Of a stretch of DNA of 64,000 nt, positions 1-14,500 are shown in pieces. The notes beneath the pieces are model-generated. The model saw nothing but the letters and a program-made list of their open reading frames with translations. It was not told the origin of the DNA and made no database searches. The DNA is from Octopus sinensis (taxonomy: Eukaryota): the NCBI RefSeq assembly GCF_006345805.1, contig NC_043005.1:44392001-44456000 (forward strand), in the 5' to 3' direction. A program made the translations under genes and the position numbers. How positions within the stretch are numbered: position 1 is the stretch's first letter; each line of letters opens with the position of its first letter.

Positions 1-3000
1 AATAGAAAGAAAATAATTGTAACTTATTTTAATCACTCAGACAACTATCAACTACAACATTAGACTAAGGGCCAATGAAAAATAACCAATATTGGTATAA
101 ATTTTAATACCCTTCAGCATTTAGATTACTCTAGCAAATGTGATTGCTTACTTTTAGACTGGCATTTTAGGGTAGGTGTGAAAGGTCAGAACTGGCCCGT
201 TTGAATATAAAACAAGTAAAATATTTGGGTCAAATATGGTAAGTTTAAATGCTAAATGGTTAAGCAATTTAAAAATTTAAAGGGTTAAATACTAAAGAGT
301 TGAAAGAAATTTATAATAAAAAGTCAACAATTTAATGGTGACCTCAAATCTGAGATGATAAGAATAATTGCTTTGACCTCAGCACGTGTCTAACATTTAT
401 TTTAAGGATGGAAAACAAATTTGACCTAAGCAGAATTTGATCTCAGAAAGTAAATATAAGTAGCTAAATATCACAAGGCATTTTGTCCAGTACTACCAAT
501 TATGTCATGTTAATTTATAAAAATTGTTAATTTATGAAAATGCTTTTGTAGCCTAAAGATTATATATTTTAAATGTAAAATAAAGACTACATATTTTAAC
601 ATAAAAACATACTTCTACACATTTTCATCCTTAACCCTCGTTATAAAAATCTTGCGTCAAATAAATTGGTTAACATACTAACTTCTTTAAAACTCATAAT
701 AGCACTACATAATTACTGCTTGTCTCAACTGAAATCTTTTTTAAAATCTAGCACAAAACAATATTTACAATCATCTTTCTATTGTAACTCATTCCTTGTT
801 AGTATGATCTCTTTAGTCATTTACTTTCAACAATTCAATACCACTCAGCTTATGACAACTTGGTCCACTCTAAGATAATGGATTGTTAGGCTTTAAGTTC
901 AATTTTCAACCTTGCTCTCAAAAAGAACATCAACTTAGAAAAATTTATTAGTATCTTTTTGCAAAAGGAAGATGACAATAAGTTTTTCAGATTGTTTAAA
1001 AAGAGGAAATAAAATTGACAGATTGAAGTTTGTGTACTTTATTCAGCTTTTCTTTTCCTTAGGAATAAATTGCATAGATTAATGCAATACAAATGCAGTA
1101 CTACTTGTTCTAGAAGTAACACAATGACAAGGTTGACTGCTTCAAAGATTTGGCATTAGAAATTTCTGCTAGCTGATTCAAAAGAAAAATTACCAGCACT
1201 GTCATTAATGCCTTTAGGCTACATTAATAACAATGATTTCTTAATTAGAAATGAAGCCTGATAGGGAAATGAGTAGTCATGTCTATTCCAAGCAAGAATT
1301 AAAATCAGGTCAAGGACTTCATTGGAGGAAATAGTAAAAGGAAAATGTAATCTGAGTGAAAGTTTTAAGAAATTAATGCAAGATATTTTGCCTTGTTTCA
1401 GTGCAGGATATAAACACCACAAAAGAAAGGAAATAAAATGCAAGCGCTGATATAGTACATTGCAAATCATTTTATCCCTCATTTATTTGTATCTTTTTAG
1501 AAAATAAGAATCTCACCAACAATAATAGACAGTCTGAGACTATGTCAGAACATACAAACAATGGAAATAACTAGAAAGAAAAGTGGCAATTGAAATATGT
1601 GATCTGAAAAATAAAGCATTGAGAGAAAGTGCACTTTTATTCTCCCTGACTACAATAAATTAATCATGTTTTTAAATAGACACAGACATACAATAATAAA
1701 GTAACTTAAGATAAAAACAATATAAAAAATTAAAAGAAACAGGAACAAAGACACGAGTATGTGAAATGTATACAAATGTACACAATCACAACAGCAAATT
1801 TACTTCTGATGTAGTAAAAGAAATAAGTAAATAAGAAAAGCGTTATAAAAAATGGCAACACCAAAAGTAATCCTCTTATACTGATACTGTGAATTAAACT
1901 ATTCCGTATCCTACATTGTAACTCTAAATCAAACAATGAACAAATATATATATATATATATATATATGCAAAGGATTTGATCATTGTTTCGTTGTAATAT
2001 TACAAATGAATGCTTCAAAAAGGGCTTGGAATTAAATAACTCTTGGTAAAATATAGATAAATTTGAAAAAAAAATAAAGAAGAAATTGAATACTATAGAC
2101 CTTATCAGAAGGTCAAAACAAGAAGCAAAAATATGTAATATCTATGAAATAAAAATAATTCACTAAATAAAAGGATTGTGGTAACAAAGTAGACAATCTC
2201 ATAAGACATTCCATAGATTCAGCAAGAAACTGAGAGGAAGTCAAAACTCTTTTCAAAAACGATTTTTAGCTAATAAGAAAAACAAAACATGTAGTGCATA
2301 GATTTTGGAGATGATCCCAATTGCCTCCAAGCTATTGTTCTACCATCTTTCAAAGCAAGAACAATTTTAATAAATCAAGAATTTACCTTGTATGACATTT
2401 AATATACTCTTATTCATCTTTGTTCAAATGCATGCCATTTACCAAGTCTATAAAGTTGCTCTACTCTTTTATGTATGCATCTAAATATTTTGTTCTACCG
2501 AAGACAAGGTAAGGTAACTGCTATTGTGATCACAGCTGTTGAGGTGGAAACATGTATCCAAGCTGTCCACATGCCTTTAGACAATCAAATTGTCTTTTTC
2601 TAAGTTGCATGTCAGTTTTGGAGAAATTCTTGATTCTGGAGTTGGTCCCAGTTACCACCAAAAGATTACCCTACCATCTCTGGAAGCAAATCTAATTTCA
2701 CAAAATCAAGAATTTAACTTATCAAGTGTGTGTGTGGTGGAGGGATCTGTATGTATGATAAAGAGAGACACAGAAAGAGTGAGAGAGACAGATAGACAGA
2801 CAGGGAGAGAGAGAGAGGGGGGAGAGAGACAGATAGACAGACAGGGAGAGAGAGAGAGGGGGGAGAGAGAAAGAGACAGCTTGTTTTGTGCCTCTGAGCT
2901 CATCTAGCACTTACCCTAAGAGCACTGATCCCTGTCAAGAGGGTATCTCCTTGAGGTTGCTCACTCTGGTAGAAGTCCCAACCAAATCTCTCTAAAACCA

Positions 3001-3119
3001 CAGCCCACCATCTTAGAACACAGTTGCATAAAGTATTGAAGAGTTCCTAGACATAAGGAAGTGTTAGTATGATTATGGTTGGGGTCTTTGATTATAGGTC
3101 CACTTCACTAGAACTAAAG

Positions 3120-3470
3120 TAAAGGGTAAAGACCCCCTTCAGTCATTAATGTCCATGGGACTGTACCTAGAAAGTTCTCCTCCAAGGCACAAACCCAGGC
3201 AAGGATATTTATGGAAGACCAGCAGTCACCCGTGCATACCAGCCTCCCCACTTCATGCCACCAATGTTATCCAAGGGAAAGGCAATGGCTAATGCAGCTT
3301 GGCACCAGTGATGATGCAACTCATTTTCACAGCTTAGTGAACTGGAGCAACATGAAATTAAGTGTCTTGCTCAAGAACATAACACACAGCCCTGTCCAGG
3401 AATCAAACTCACTGCCTCAGGATTGTGAGCCTGTCACTCTAACTGATGAGTCATGCAACTTCACTTGAGT
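3120..3470 (-). mobile_element. tRNA-derived SINE, another family
   Basis: Minus strand: A-box-like TGACTCATCAGTTAG, B-box-like GAGTTTGATTCC, then gttcttgagcaagacactt. Confidence 0.6.
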
Positions 3471-3598
3471 GGAACTATCCTAGTGCTAAACAATAAGTGC
3501 AGAACTAATGATCTAAGTGTATGACTGTTCATTGTATTTGTAATTGCTGTGATTTTGGCTAGAGAAGATGATTAGTATTGGAATAGAAGTAAGTTTTT

Positions 3599-3803
3599 TT
3601 TGTTGTTGTTAAGCAACAAGACGGGTAAGGGTGATTAGGTGATGGTCTAGGGCTTAGGAGCCGGAGACCTCAGACATTGGAAAAAAAAAAACTTTGGTCG
3701 TCATGTTGTAGTCGAGGGCTCTTCGTTGACGCCCAACACCACTGGGAGGTGGCCCTCAAAGTCACTGGAAATGGAGATCTCCAGGTCCAAATTCTTAAAT
3801 GGC
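3599..3803 (-). mobile_element. Second copy of the ~205-bp retroposon
   Basis: Aligns end to end with 28986-29190, with the same 5' end (GCCATT). Confidence 0.85.
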
Positions 3804-5804
3804 TTAAGTTGGTTTTGTGATATTTAACACTTTTGTTACTATATTTCTGTTAAACTAAACCATTTTTATTTCAATTAATTTTGGAAATAATAAAAATTTG
3901 CTAAAATATCTTGATCGTTACAAAAATGGTAGTTAGAACACAAATTAACATGAAATTTTAATGGGAAAATTTAATTTCGATCGCTTCGTATAGAATGTTT
4001 GCATCAAAGAAGCAAGGACAGTCTTGGGGAGATTGGTATCAAAAGGCTTTGCTTGAGCAAAATGGTAATGTCATGTTTACAATCCATATCAATGATACAT
4101 TCTGTAAATATGGTAAACTATTGAAGAGTAATAAAACAGAAAAACAAGTAAGGGCTCCACCACAGGGTCCAGTCATTGTTGCTAAGTAGTGGCTCATATA
4201 GCTCAATGATCCTGAGAAGTATATCAGCTTAGTGCAAGTTCTTGATAGGGTCTCACATATTGGACAGATCAAACATCAGAAGTAAGACTAATACGGAACT
4301 AAATACAGGTCTGCAGATGGCCAACATTACTACCTAGAAAAAAATGGTAAAGTTACAGAAGAATCAATGAGAACTGAAAACCAACAAGACCTGAGAAAAG
4401 AAAGCCTTTCCTCAAGGAAGGAGGGATCAAAAGGCAAAGCTACAAAAGTAGGGGTTGTACTTGAGAGAATCAGAAAAGACAGCTGAGAGTCAAGAACAGT
4501 GAAGAAAAGTCATTGATGGCTTATGCTCCATAGGAAGCAAAGGGCTTAAGTAAGTGACAGGTAAGGGTTGGCAATAAGAGGGGTATGTGACTGTAAAATA
4601 CTGTCTTAATAACTACCTGTCCAAACCATGGGAAAATGAACAGGCAAAAAATGAACAAGCAAAATAAATGCATGAATGAATAATATTAATATTACCAGTA
4701 GTTATTAGCAATTAGTAGCTTAACATTTTAGCATTCAGATTATTCTATTAAAAGCTTATTCATTCACATTGTTTTGAATTATTTTTGCATTGTCTTATAG
4801 CATCAAGACTTCGATGATGTGATTGTTTATTTTTACAATGAAATTGTAGGGTAGGTGTGAGAGGTCAAAATTTAGTTTAGTAAGAAAACAGGGTAACGTC
4901 ATTTGTAGGATAGGGAGGAAGATGAAGGGAAATATAATAAATTGGAATAAAATAAAATAAAATAGAATATGATACAATAAGGGGGGAGGGTGGAAGAAAA
5001 CACTATAAAAATAAAACAATATGAAATACAAAAGGTTTAATTTTCTGTAATATTCTTTTACTTGTTTCAATCAGTTGACTGTGACCATATTGGAGCACTA
5101 CCTTAAAGGGTTTTTAGTTAAAGAAATCGACCCAAAGACTTATTCTTTGTTAGCTTAGTACCTATTCTAGCAGTCTCTTTTGCTGAACTGCTAAGTTACA
5201 GGTATTTAAACCCACCATCATCGTTGTCAAGTGATGATGGGAGGGACAAACATAGACACAAAGATACACACACATGAATACATACATATATATATAAACG
5301 ATAGGCTTCTTTCATTTTCTGTCTACCAAGTCCACTCACAAGGCTTTGGTCAGCTCAAGGCTATAAAAGACACTTCAGTGGAACTGAACCCAGAACCATT
5401 TGGTTGGGAAGCAAATTTCTTACCACATAAATTCTTTTTAAAAGATCACAGACATAAAAGCTTTAAAGGTTTATCGATATAAAAGTTTTTAAAGTTTTAA
5501 AGGTTTTAAATCTTTTTTTTTTAATGTAGAATATTTGGACTGATATAGCCTGTTTAAATGCTAAAGAGTAAGCATAACTCATCCTCCTTATTCCATTCTC
5601 ATAGCAGAGAGATAATGGTAAATTCCAAGCCAGTAACCGACTATATTTTAATGTCCAACACCAAATATAGCAATAAATCTCTATGCAGAAGAAAAACAGA
5701 GTTGGGAAAATAGATGAAGGTGAGAGAGGAAACAGGCCACAAGAGAGCAGATAAGGTTTGTTCGCAATAACAAATAAATACAGCTGGTAAATATGATCAT
5801 TCAA

Positions 5805-5849
<45 letters not shown>

Positions 5850-6932
5850 GATGATGATGATGATGATAATAATAATAATAATAATAATAATATAATAATA
5901 ATAATAATAATAGCAATATCAATAATTATGAGCAATTATTAGATGAACATATCTTAGCAAAGCCTCTCATTCCATTGCCACAATAGGGTGATAATGAGAA
6001 TCCTGCTATGTTCCAGGTACCATTTAAAGACATCCTAGCATCTTACACCAAACAGTGGTAAATCATTCTAGCTAGCTAGATATATACACACATGTATATA
6101 TGTGTGTGTGTGTGTGTTTGTGTGTGTGTGTATGTATGTGTGTGTGTATGTATGCATATATGTAAGGACAGAGAATATGTGTGTATGTATGTGCATGTGT
6201 TAATAGAGAGAAGGGAAGGGAGAGAGGGAATGGGCCATGAGGGAGAATAGGATTTTTGGCACAAACAAATATAAAGGATGCAATTTTTAAAATACGATAA
6301 CTGATATTAGCAACAACATCTGTAATTATGAGCAATTATTGGTTTAATTTCCCTCGTTCCATCCTTATAGTGGAAAGATAATGGGAAATTCTGATATGTT
6401 CAACTGGCCTCATTCAATATATGTGTTCTGAGCCAGCATTGACCACATGCGAAATGTGTATATGTATATATAGACATGTAAACCATATTTTATCTGTACA
6501 AGTAGATTATATTGTTGCAATGTATTTAAATATTTAAATGTACAACTGAACACATATTCTAAATGGCTCCGTTTAAAAATATCAAATACAATGCTGACAT
6601 TAACATTCATAATATTTATATAATTCTTTTATTGCTTTTTCTTTGGTTCCAGTCATTTTACTGTGGCCATGCTGGAGCACAGCCTTTTATATAATCATAA
6701 ATAATTTAGACAAAATATATAATACGATTAGTGTGTTTAAATGTTGAGCAGAGCACCAGTACAGTTTAGGCTACCTGTTGTCATCTGCAGTTGTGGTACA
6801 CTTCCATTGGACATAGTTCAGAAACTCTGCAGTGGCAGTTAGGGTAATGTACCTGAAGAGACCCAGACTCATCGGTTGAAACATATATTGTACCTAATAA
6901 AAGCCTAATACAAAAACCATCTCCTACTATTA

Positions 6933-6985
<53 letters not shown>

Positions 6986-7804
6986 ATATATTATATATAA
7001 TATATATTATATGTGTGTGCATATATATATATATACATATATATGATAAATATGATATATAATATATTGTTGGTTGGCCTACAGCTAGTGTAGAAAACAC
7101 TTACCCAAGGTACCATGTAGTAACAATGAAGTGAGTTCCATTACTCAGATAAGATGGGTCAACATTCCTAAGCAACATAATGGGAGCACCCAGTTTTAGT
7201 GTCAATTTATGCAGTGGCATCCCAGTGGGGTTAAGTGTGTTCAGAAAATTCAACAGGGTATTTAACAACCTGATCTTGATTGACTATTGTCAATTGATCA
7301 AAAAGTCATTTCTAATGTAACTGTTAACTTTTGAAGAAGTTAATGATTGAGTTTATCAACCATTTCATTAGTTGTCGGAGCTAGTATAGCTCTTTTATAT
7401 AGCCAGTTTAAATCAGTGTAATTGACAGGTAAATTAGGAAATACTTTATCCATAAGACCCCTAAGAGAAAGTATCATTTGACTGCATATAACTTCATGTA
7501 GCTGGAGTCTTGAGTTGAATGTTAATACACCATTATCAATCTTAAGAATCTCATATGATCACCTTGTAGCAAAAATTGCTATCAATGTAACAAAGTACAG
7601 AAAGTCAACATGTATTTGGAACATGTAGTAAATGTTATAAAATTCAGGATTGAATGTCACAGTGAAGAAAGTCAAGCTCCAAGAAAATTCAGAAGGATGA
7701 TACAATTTTTCATACAAGAATAATTTATTATTTTACAATTTTTAAACAAATCCTGAACAAAGTGTGTACAAAGGAATTTGTTGCTGTTGCAAATGTTAAT
7801 TTAA

Positions 7805-8023
7805 CCCTTTAGTGTTCAGATTATTCTATTAAACAAAATACCTACTGATTCCTATTGATTTGAATTAATCATGCATTATTTCATATCTTCAAGATCTTGA
7901 TGGTGTAATTACTTAATGTAGAATAACATTGTAGGGTAGGTGTGAGAACCTGGATCTGGTCAGTTTGAACGTAAAACAGATTAGCTATTTTGGTCGGATA
8001 TGGCCGGTTTAAATACTAAAGGG
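7805..8023. mobile_element. piggyBac-type MITE
   Basis: TTAA|CCCTTTAG...CTAAAGGG|TTAA. Related degenerate copies at ~105-290, 4725-4880, 12875-13082, 14395-14620 and 47253-47478. Confidence 0.75.
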
Positions 8024-11000
8024 TTAAATCATTTGCTATGTAGCAAGACATAAATTAATTTGACATCACTTACTATATATTTTAACTGTGTAAGGTTAGA
8101 GGCTGTAGAATAAGTTTTGACTAGCACAGTAAAAAGGCTGCGTAGCATTGAATACTAACACTGTTAAAGCATCATAGCAAGAATATAAGGATGCTAGGAC
8201 TGTTAAAAAAGCGTTACCTTCAAACTGTTTCTAAGGAGTGGAATAACATTTCTGTAATTATATTGAAAGAGCCACTAAGGCTTTCTACTTTGCCAAGTTT
8301 CCAAATTTGTTATAATAACCAGAATAAAATTTTTTTCAGATATATTTGCGAGTCTTGTCACAAAAAATCTTGAGAAATTAGGCTTCTCAAAACCAGAAAG
8401 GAGAAAGCTAAATCGAAGGCTACAGATTCAATCCATCACTGGATCTGTAAAAATCTGTAAAACTTTCAAGAAGTTTATCATTCAAATGTATATGAGAATG
8501 TCTAGATATGTAACTCTATGCATGAAAATACATACACAAAACAAAACATACAAATCTGCTCATTCATTCATACATACATACATACATATATACATACATA
8601 CATATACACACACACACACACATTCACACACACACACACACATTCACACACACACACACACATACATACAAACAAAAATACCCTGTTGATGTTGAAATCC
8701 CAATAAAGGAACCTTGGCTCTAGGTTAGAAACTGGTTCTTTCTTTATTGGCAAGAAATCTTGAAATAAACTGAATAATGACATACATGCATGCATACATA
8801 CATACGTACATACAAGCATGCATACATACATAAATAAATAAATAAATACAGACATAGAGACATAGATAGACAGACAGACAGCTAGATAAATACAGCTACC
8901 CATACATACATATAAATATATGAACACATGCACACATTAATGATAACTCATAATTTTATGGCTAAATTTTCTCGGCGTTTTAAAAATTTAAACAATGTAA
9001 AGCAATCTAAATTAAAAACAAAAAACTAATGGACTATAAAAAGTAGAGAGAAAGTGTTTTTTTTGTGGTGATGATGGGCTAGGTGGGGAATGATGATTTA
9101 AAGATTGTGAAGCAGGCATAATAGGATTTATTTTATCTAATTACATATCTGACTACACTTCTTATATTAATTTCTCTCGTGAACTTCACCCAACAAATGT
9201 TTACAGCAGGCAGTTGAGAGAATATTCTTAATTCAAAGCAAGAATTTATTCATATACAGAAAAAATAAGAGAAGAAAAATGAACAGCAACACAACAATTC
9301 ATCCAAGTAAAACTTAAGTAAAATACGAATAAAAATGGATGTATAATCCGTATGGATCCACTGGTGAGTAAACTAAAATGGACCAGTCAAAAGCAATCAC
9401 TTCATGACTGAATGATACAGGAAAAAATTTTTAAGAAGTTGGTGGGTGGGGAGAGGGAATGAAAGAACGAATTATTGAAAAGTATAGTGATCTTTAAAAA
9501 TGAGAAAATTGGTTATCTGCTAATAAAATCATAAAAATTCAAACAATTTTTGATGGAAAATTCTATTTTATAACTAAATGCGAGAATGATTACTGAAAAC
9601 ACCAAGCATCAAGCTATTAAACAGAAATGAAATTTTTAAAGACACATTTATATGTGGATATGATTATGCACATGTATGTTTTCATGTGTGTAAACCTATA
9701 TATACATACACATACAATTAAATTATTGGCTATATTACATACGTTGGTGAATAGTAGAGGTTTATAAGTTATATTACATGGTTATTAGTGAAATTTATTC
9801 AAGTGAAAAGGGTCATACCAATGTAAAAATATAGTAAATGGAAGCTGAGTCCGATTAAAGATAGAGGGTAATATCACAAAACATTTTAGTAGTTAGGAGC
9901 AGGAACCAATTTTAATTAAAAGCATTTTTTCTTATCTGTCTTTGAATTAAGTTACTAATGTAATATTACACAAAACCAAAAGTATTAGTAAAATATAGAA
10001 TGTGAAGAAATTAGGGCTGGAAATAAGGTGCATCTCAAAAAATTAGCATATTATGCAAAAATTACTTATTTATTGCCATTCATGTCAGAATGTCAAAAAT
10101 TCATTTGTATTCACTAATTGTAAACTGATTTACTATTAACTATTATTTAGTTGATATAAGATAAGCTAACATTTATGGCATCCATACAGGGATCATTAAA
10201 AATCCAATATCTCAAATTATTAGAAACTGTAGTCATGGCCAGTGCCAGTGACAAGTAAAAGGCACCCATGCTGGTGACACATAAAAGGTACCAGTGCCAG
10301 TGACACATAAAAGACACCTAGTACACTCTGTGGAGTGGTTGGCATTAGGAAGGGCATCCAGTCATAAAAACCAAGCCAAAACAGACTGGAGCCTGGTGCA
10401 ACTATCTGGCTTACCAGCCTCAATCAAACTGTTTTTACACATGCCAGTATGGAAAATGGACACTAAATGATGACAGTGATGAATATCTGAACATCCAAAG
10501 TATAACATAACAATAATCAAAATTAGTCAAAGACTAAAATGTAGATACAGAATGTCAGTTAGTATTTGGTTGGAATTCCTTTATCTCTGGTGATTGCCTG
10601 AATATATGTTATGTTAAAAAGGGAATCAATCTGTAACAAGACCTCGACTGTTATTGAAGCCCAAATGTGTGATGGCCAAGATAACAGCAGGGATGCAAGT
10701 TGGCTGCCTTTTTAACTGTATTTCACTGATGCTGTATGGAATTCAGCCCAAGTGATTTACTTGGTCAAGGAAGCACATTGATGTAATGGTTACCAAATCA
10801 ATCAGTAGCTGGGTTTGGAACAATGTACAGCATGGATTCTCAAATCATTTTTTATTTATGGATCCCTTTGGTTACTATTTATTCTAGTGGACCCCCATAA
10901 TCATTCCATGTTTAAAAACTAGTTTTATAGAAACTTCTTCCAAAATTTCTATTATGTTTTTCACACATTCACTTGTGTAGGTTGAACTATACAAAATGCT

Positions 11001-11289
11001 AGAGAAAAAAAAAACTTAGCTGTTTCTTACAAGACATACCAATACATGCATCTAAAGCAAAATTTTTTCAGGACTCCTTAAAATTCTATTGTGGATCTCC
11101 AATTTACTATTTTGTTGTGTGGACCCCAAAAAATCGTATATGGACCCTCAGGGGTCGTATGGATCCCAGTTGAGAACCACTGGTGTACAAGTACTAAATT
11201 CTGCTTGGAATAGAAATTCTGCATTGTTAAACAGCCTTTTAAATGAGGGAAGCAAAGTACGCTAAGATTTCTTGGTAGACTATTATGTT

Positions 11290-11520
11290 TACTGTAAACC
11301 TGAGGAAACTGCATATGACATAGCACAACAAACTATCTCTGATTGAAGGAACTTGATGTTGAACTTCAAATAACTAGGATCTATTATAATAACTGGGAGC
11401 TGTCCATCAGTTCTCCTCCAAATTCTGCAATCCTGTTTGAAGTCTAGCATCAAGTTCCCACAGTCAGGCGTAGTTTGAGTATGATAACAAATGTTTGACT
11501 GCTTCATCAAAGATTAGTCA
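11290..11520 (-). mobile_element. Highly degenerate RTE LINE fragment
   Basis: Frameshifted ELDARLQTG(W)QN(W)RRT resembles the RTE RT C-terminal region. Confidence 0.45.
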
Positions 11521-14500
11521 TCTCAGTCTCTGAGAACAGAAAACGAGATGGAGTAAACAAAATCAGATATAACTAAAATTGTCTGCCTTAATTTGCATAA
11601 CATAATTAATAGTTCTTCTCTTAAGTAATTAATACATATTACCAATACTTACACTGCTTTGCAAATTAGAGCATGCCATTTTAGTTCCATCTGAGTTTGT
11701 GTATACTATAAATAGTTGTGGACTATTATTGTTTTTTTCAATGGTGAGGAAAAGAAGTAGTGAATGTCTGATGAAGCAGTAACATATGCTGAAGCTGAAT
11801 AGTTTGAGCTGCTATTTCTGGTCATGGAGAGAAAAATATGGTTTAACCACAGAATCTACTTATCAAAGTAAGGTTAAAAATATGTGCTTACTAAAAACAC
11901 AAAATCATAAGCTTATCTCCCATCTCTATTTATCTTGCCATCGTGCAGTGCTTCTATTAATGAAAGCTTTTATGTTCAGAATTTTACAAAGTGGAAGAAA
12001 TTTTTCTAAAAATTTATTTTCCTAAACCTTTTTAGCCTGTTTTTCTGTTTGCAAAGTTTGTTGAAACAGCTGAAGTCAAATTAAACAACCACTAAAATGC
12101 CATGGAAAGACTATGAGTACTTTCAGCAAAAAAAAAAAAAAAATCAAATATGATGTATATAGTCAAAGAAAAAACATTTTACTGTTTTGGCAATAAGGGA
12201 CTCAAACATGAAAATGTAGGACATTTATTTCATGTAAACTAATATGATTTTATTGTTCACTAAAATAAATGAAATAATAAACCCATTAACATTTGACTTT
12301 ATCTTTTATATAAAATGGTCTAGATTCATTAGGCATCAAAAAATTATTTAAAAGTAACAAAATTATGCAGCACTTATTACATGATGCTACACAAACCAAA
12401 ATTTCTAGAATAAGAGGGTAAAAATCTACTATTCTTTACTTTAGCTAATGCAATTTCTTTCTTTGAAAAACAGAGACATCAGGAGTTCACTTATTGTAAC
12501 ACGCAGATGTTTATGATAAATTATACTGTTTTTGGTATTAGAAAGGAGCACATTTGTTGTGCAGTTAGTGTAGTGACTGGTATAGCTGTGAGGGTCTGCT
12601 GAGGCTTAAAAAAATAAGACATCAGAACATGGTGTAAGAGAAGCCAACAAAAAGTGAATGTCAGTTAAGATTTAAATATTTCCAAAGGAGAAAAGGTCAA
12701 CATCAGTGATATTAAATAAACCAGTATCTTCCAGTCTCAACCAATTGTAATCTTTAGAAAAGAAAAATAACATATTTATCATTTTTATTCTTTTTAAACA
12801 TTATTCAATTTCAGTAAATTAACTTGTTTGTATTGAAACAGACTCTGCCATAACAATATGCAAATATTTATGTGTTGGCCCTTTAGCATTCTGATCATCA
12901 TAGATATTTTGATGTATTTCACGTATATAATAATGCAAAGATGAAACAAAGTAAAATTTGAATTCTATGATTTGGTAGAGGTTTCTGGCTACCAAAGATA
13001 TCCAACAAGGCCAGGTGTAGTTATTTGAACAAATAGTTTATTTAGTAGATGGATTTAGGTGGTTTGGATGCTATAGGGTTAAATCATTCAATAATTATTG
13101 TGTGAGAATATTAAGTAAATTTTCTATAATTGAAATTTAATGATTCAATATGTAGTCTGGAAAGTTAAAAAAGTTCTTAAGAAAACAATTCATTAAGATA
13201 TTTATAGATATTATAGTAAATATTTGAAACATAAAATGCTATCTTTATAAATTAAAATTAAATATTACTTCTTCATCAATAAATAATCCTTAATTTGATT
13301 TCATAATAAAACAAGAAATTTCAGGTGAAGTAATTTTTTAAAAATTAATTAAACTTATCGTTCCAACTATATTATTTGATCATTATTAGTCAAAACTAAT
13401 TTCTACACTACATCTACACACACACACACAGTTATGGCATATGTATATATTTGTATGTGTGTTCCTATATATGTGTCTGTGCGTTTGTGTCTGAAAGAAA
13501 AATACCTATAACTTTATCTTCTCAATTTATAATATTACATGTGAAAGTTCCTTACTATCTACAAAAGTTGATATTTTCATTATTTTATAATTTTACAAAA
13601 ATAATCAAATTTTTATTGATTTTAACATAAAGCTGATAATTATATTTTTAAGTCAACAAAACATGGGTTTGTACAGAAAGATTTCATTTATTCAGTATGA
13701 ATTCACCTTGCTTATATTGGATAACAAGCTCTTGGCTTGTTATCAACTCTCAATTATTCCTATCTATAACCCTATTACTTAGCAAATAAGCAAAAATTCA
13801 GTTTCTTCCTTCTTTGTCTTAGAAAAAGTAAAAGTAAAAAGCATCACATTTTCACTCCTCCCGATAAATTAGCATTTTTACTTTTTTTTTACATTAATAC
13901 TATGTAAAAACATGGTACTTATTAAAATAATTTTTTTTATTAATTTGCTATGTCATAAATTCTGCTAAACATAAACTGCATAACATATATTTAATTAATT
14001 TTAATTGTGATAACTTTTAGTGAAAGGTTCCTCGTTGTAATATTTCTAAAAAATGTGACACCTGAAAATGTCAAAAATTTTAATATTTATTCTTCTTCCA
14101 AGAAAATGTAGCAGGTAAATAAATGAACTGGCTATAACACTAGAACATGACTTCCTAGCATATTTTTTCAGAAGTCTTTCCTTTACAGAGAACTTGCAGT
14201 CATGATTTCCTTTGACTATGCTCAAAGCAAACTTTCATAAAAAGGGGGTGTGTTTATTTATGTTAATTATAGCATTTTAACAGTATTTGGTCTCTAAGGT
14301 TGTTATTTAAAGCATGAATTATAATGATAAATTAGATTTTAAGAAAAAGGTGAGAACAGCATGAAAAGGTATTAGAATTTGTAACTGGAATACCTGAGCG
14401 TTTAGCATTTAAAATGGCCATAACTAGCTAAAATATTCTACATGTTTTATATTCAAACTGGCTAGATCAGACCTCTTACACCTGCCCTGCAGTGTTATTC

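Noticed and set aside
3700-3775. HDV-like ribozyme in the 205-bp retroposon
   Set aside because: P3/L3-like and P2-like parts are present, but no P1' or P1.1 can be placed, so it was not called as a ribozyme.
3990-4550. Higher-GC stretch with short ORFs
   Set aside because: Probably an old LINE relic (faint GLHQG-like motif), too degraded to assign.
11768-11804. CTGATGA AGCA-n8-TGCT GAAG hammerhead-like motif
   Set aside because: A15.1 is G and no stem I forms; a relic or chance match.
12440-12604. Phase-compatible second exon candidate (ASADPHSYTSHYTNCTT...)
   Set aside because: The acceptor is good, but there is no strong donor and no recognisable homology.
13720-13744. 10-bp hairpin gataacaagc-n5-gcttgttatc
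   Set aside because: Isolated short stem that is plausible by chance in 64 kb of AT-rich DNA.
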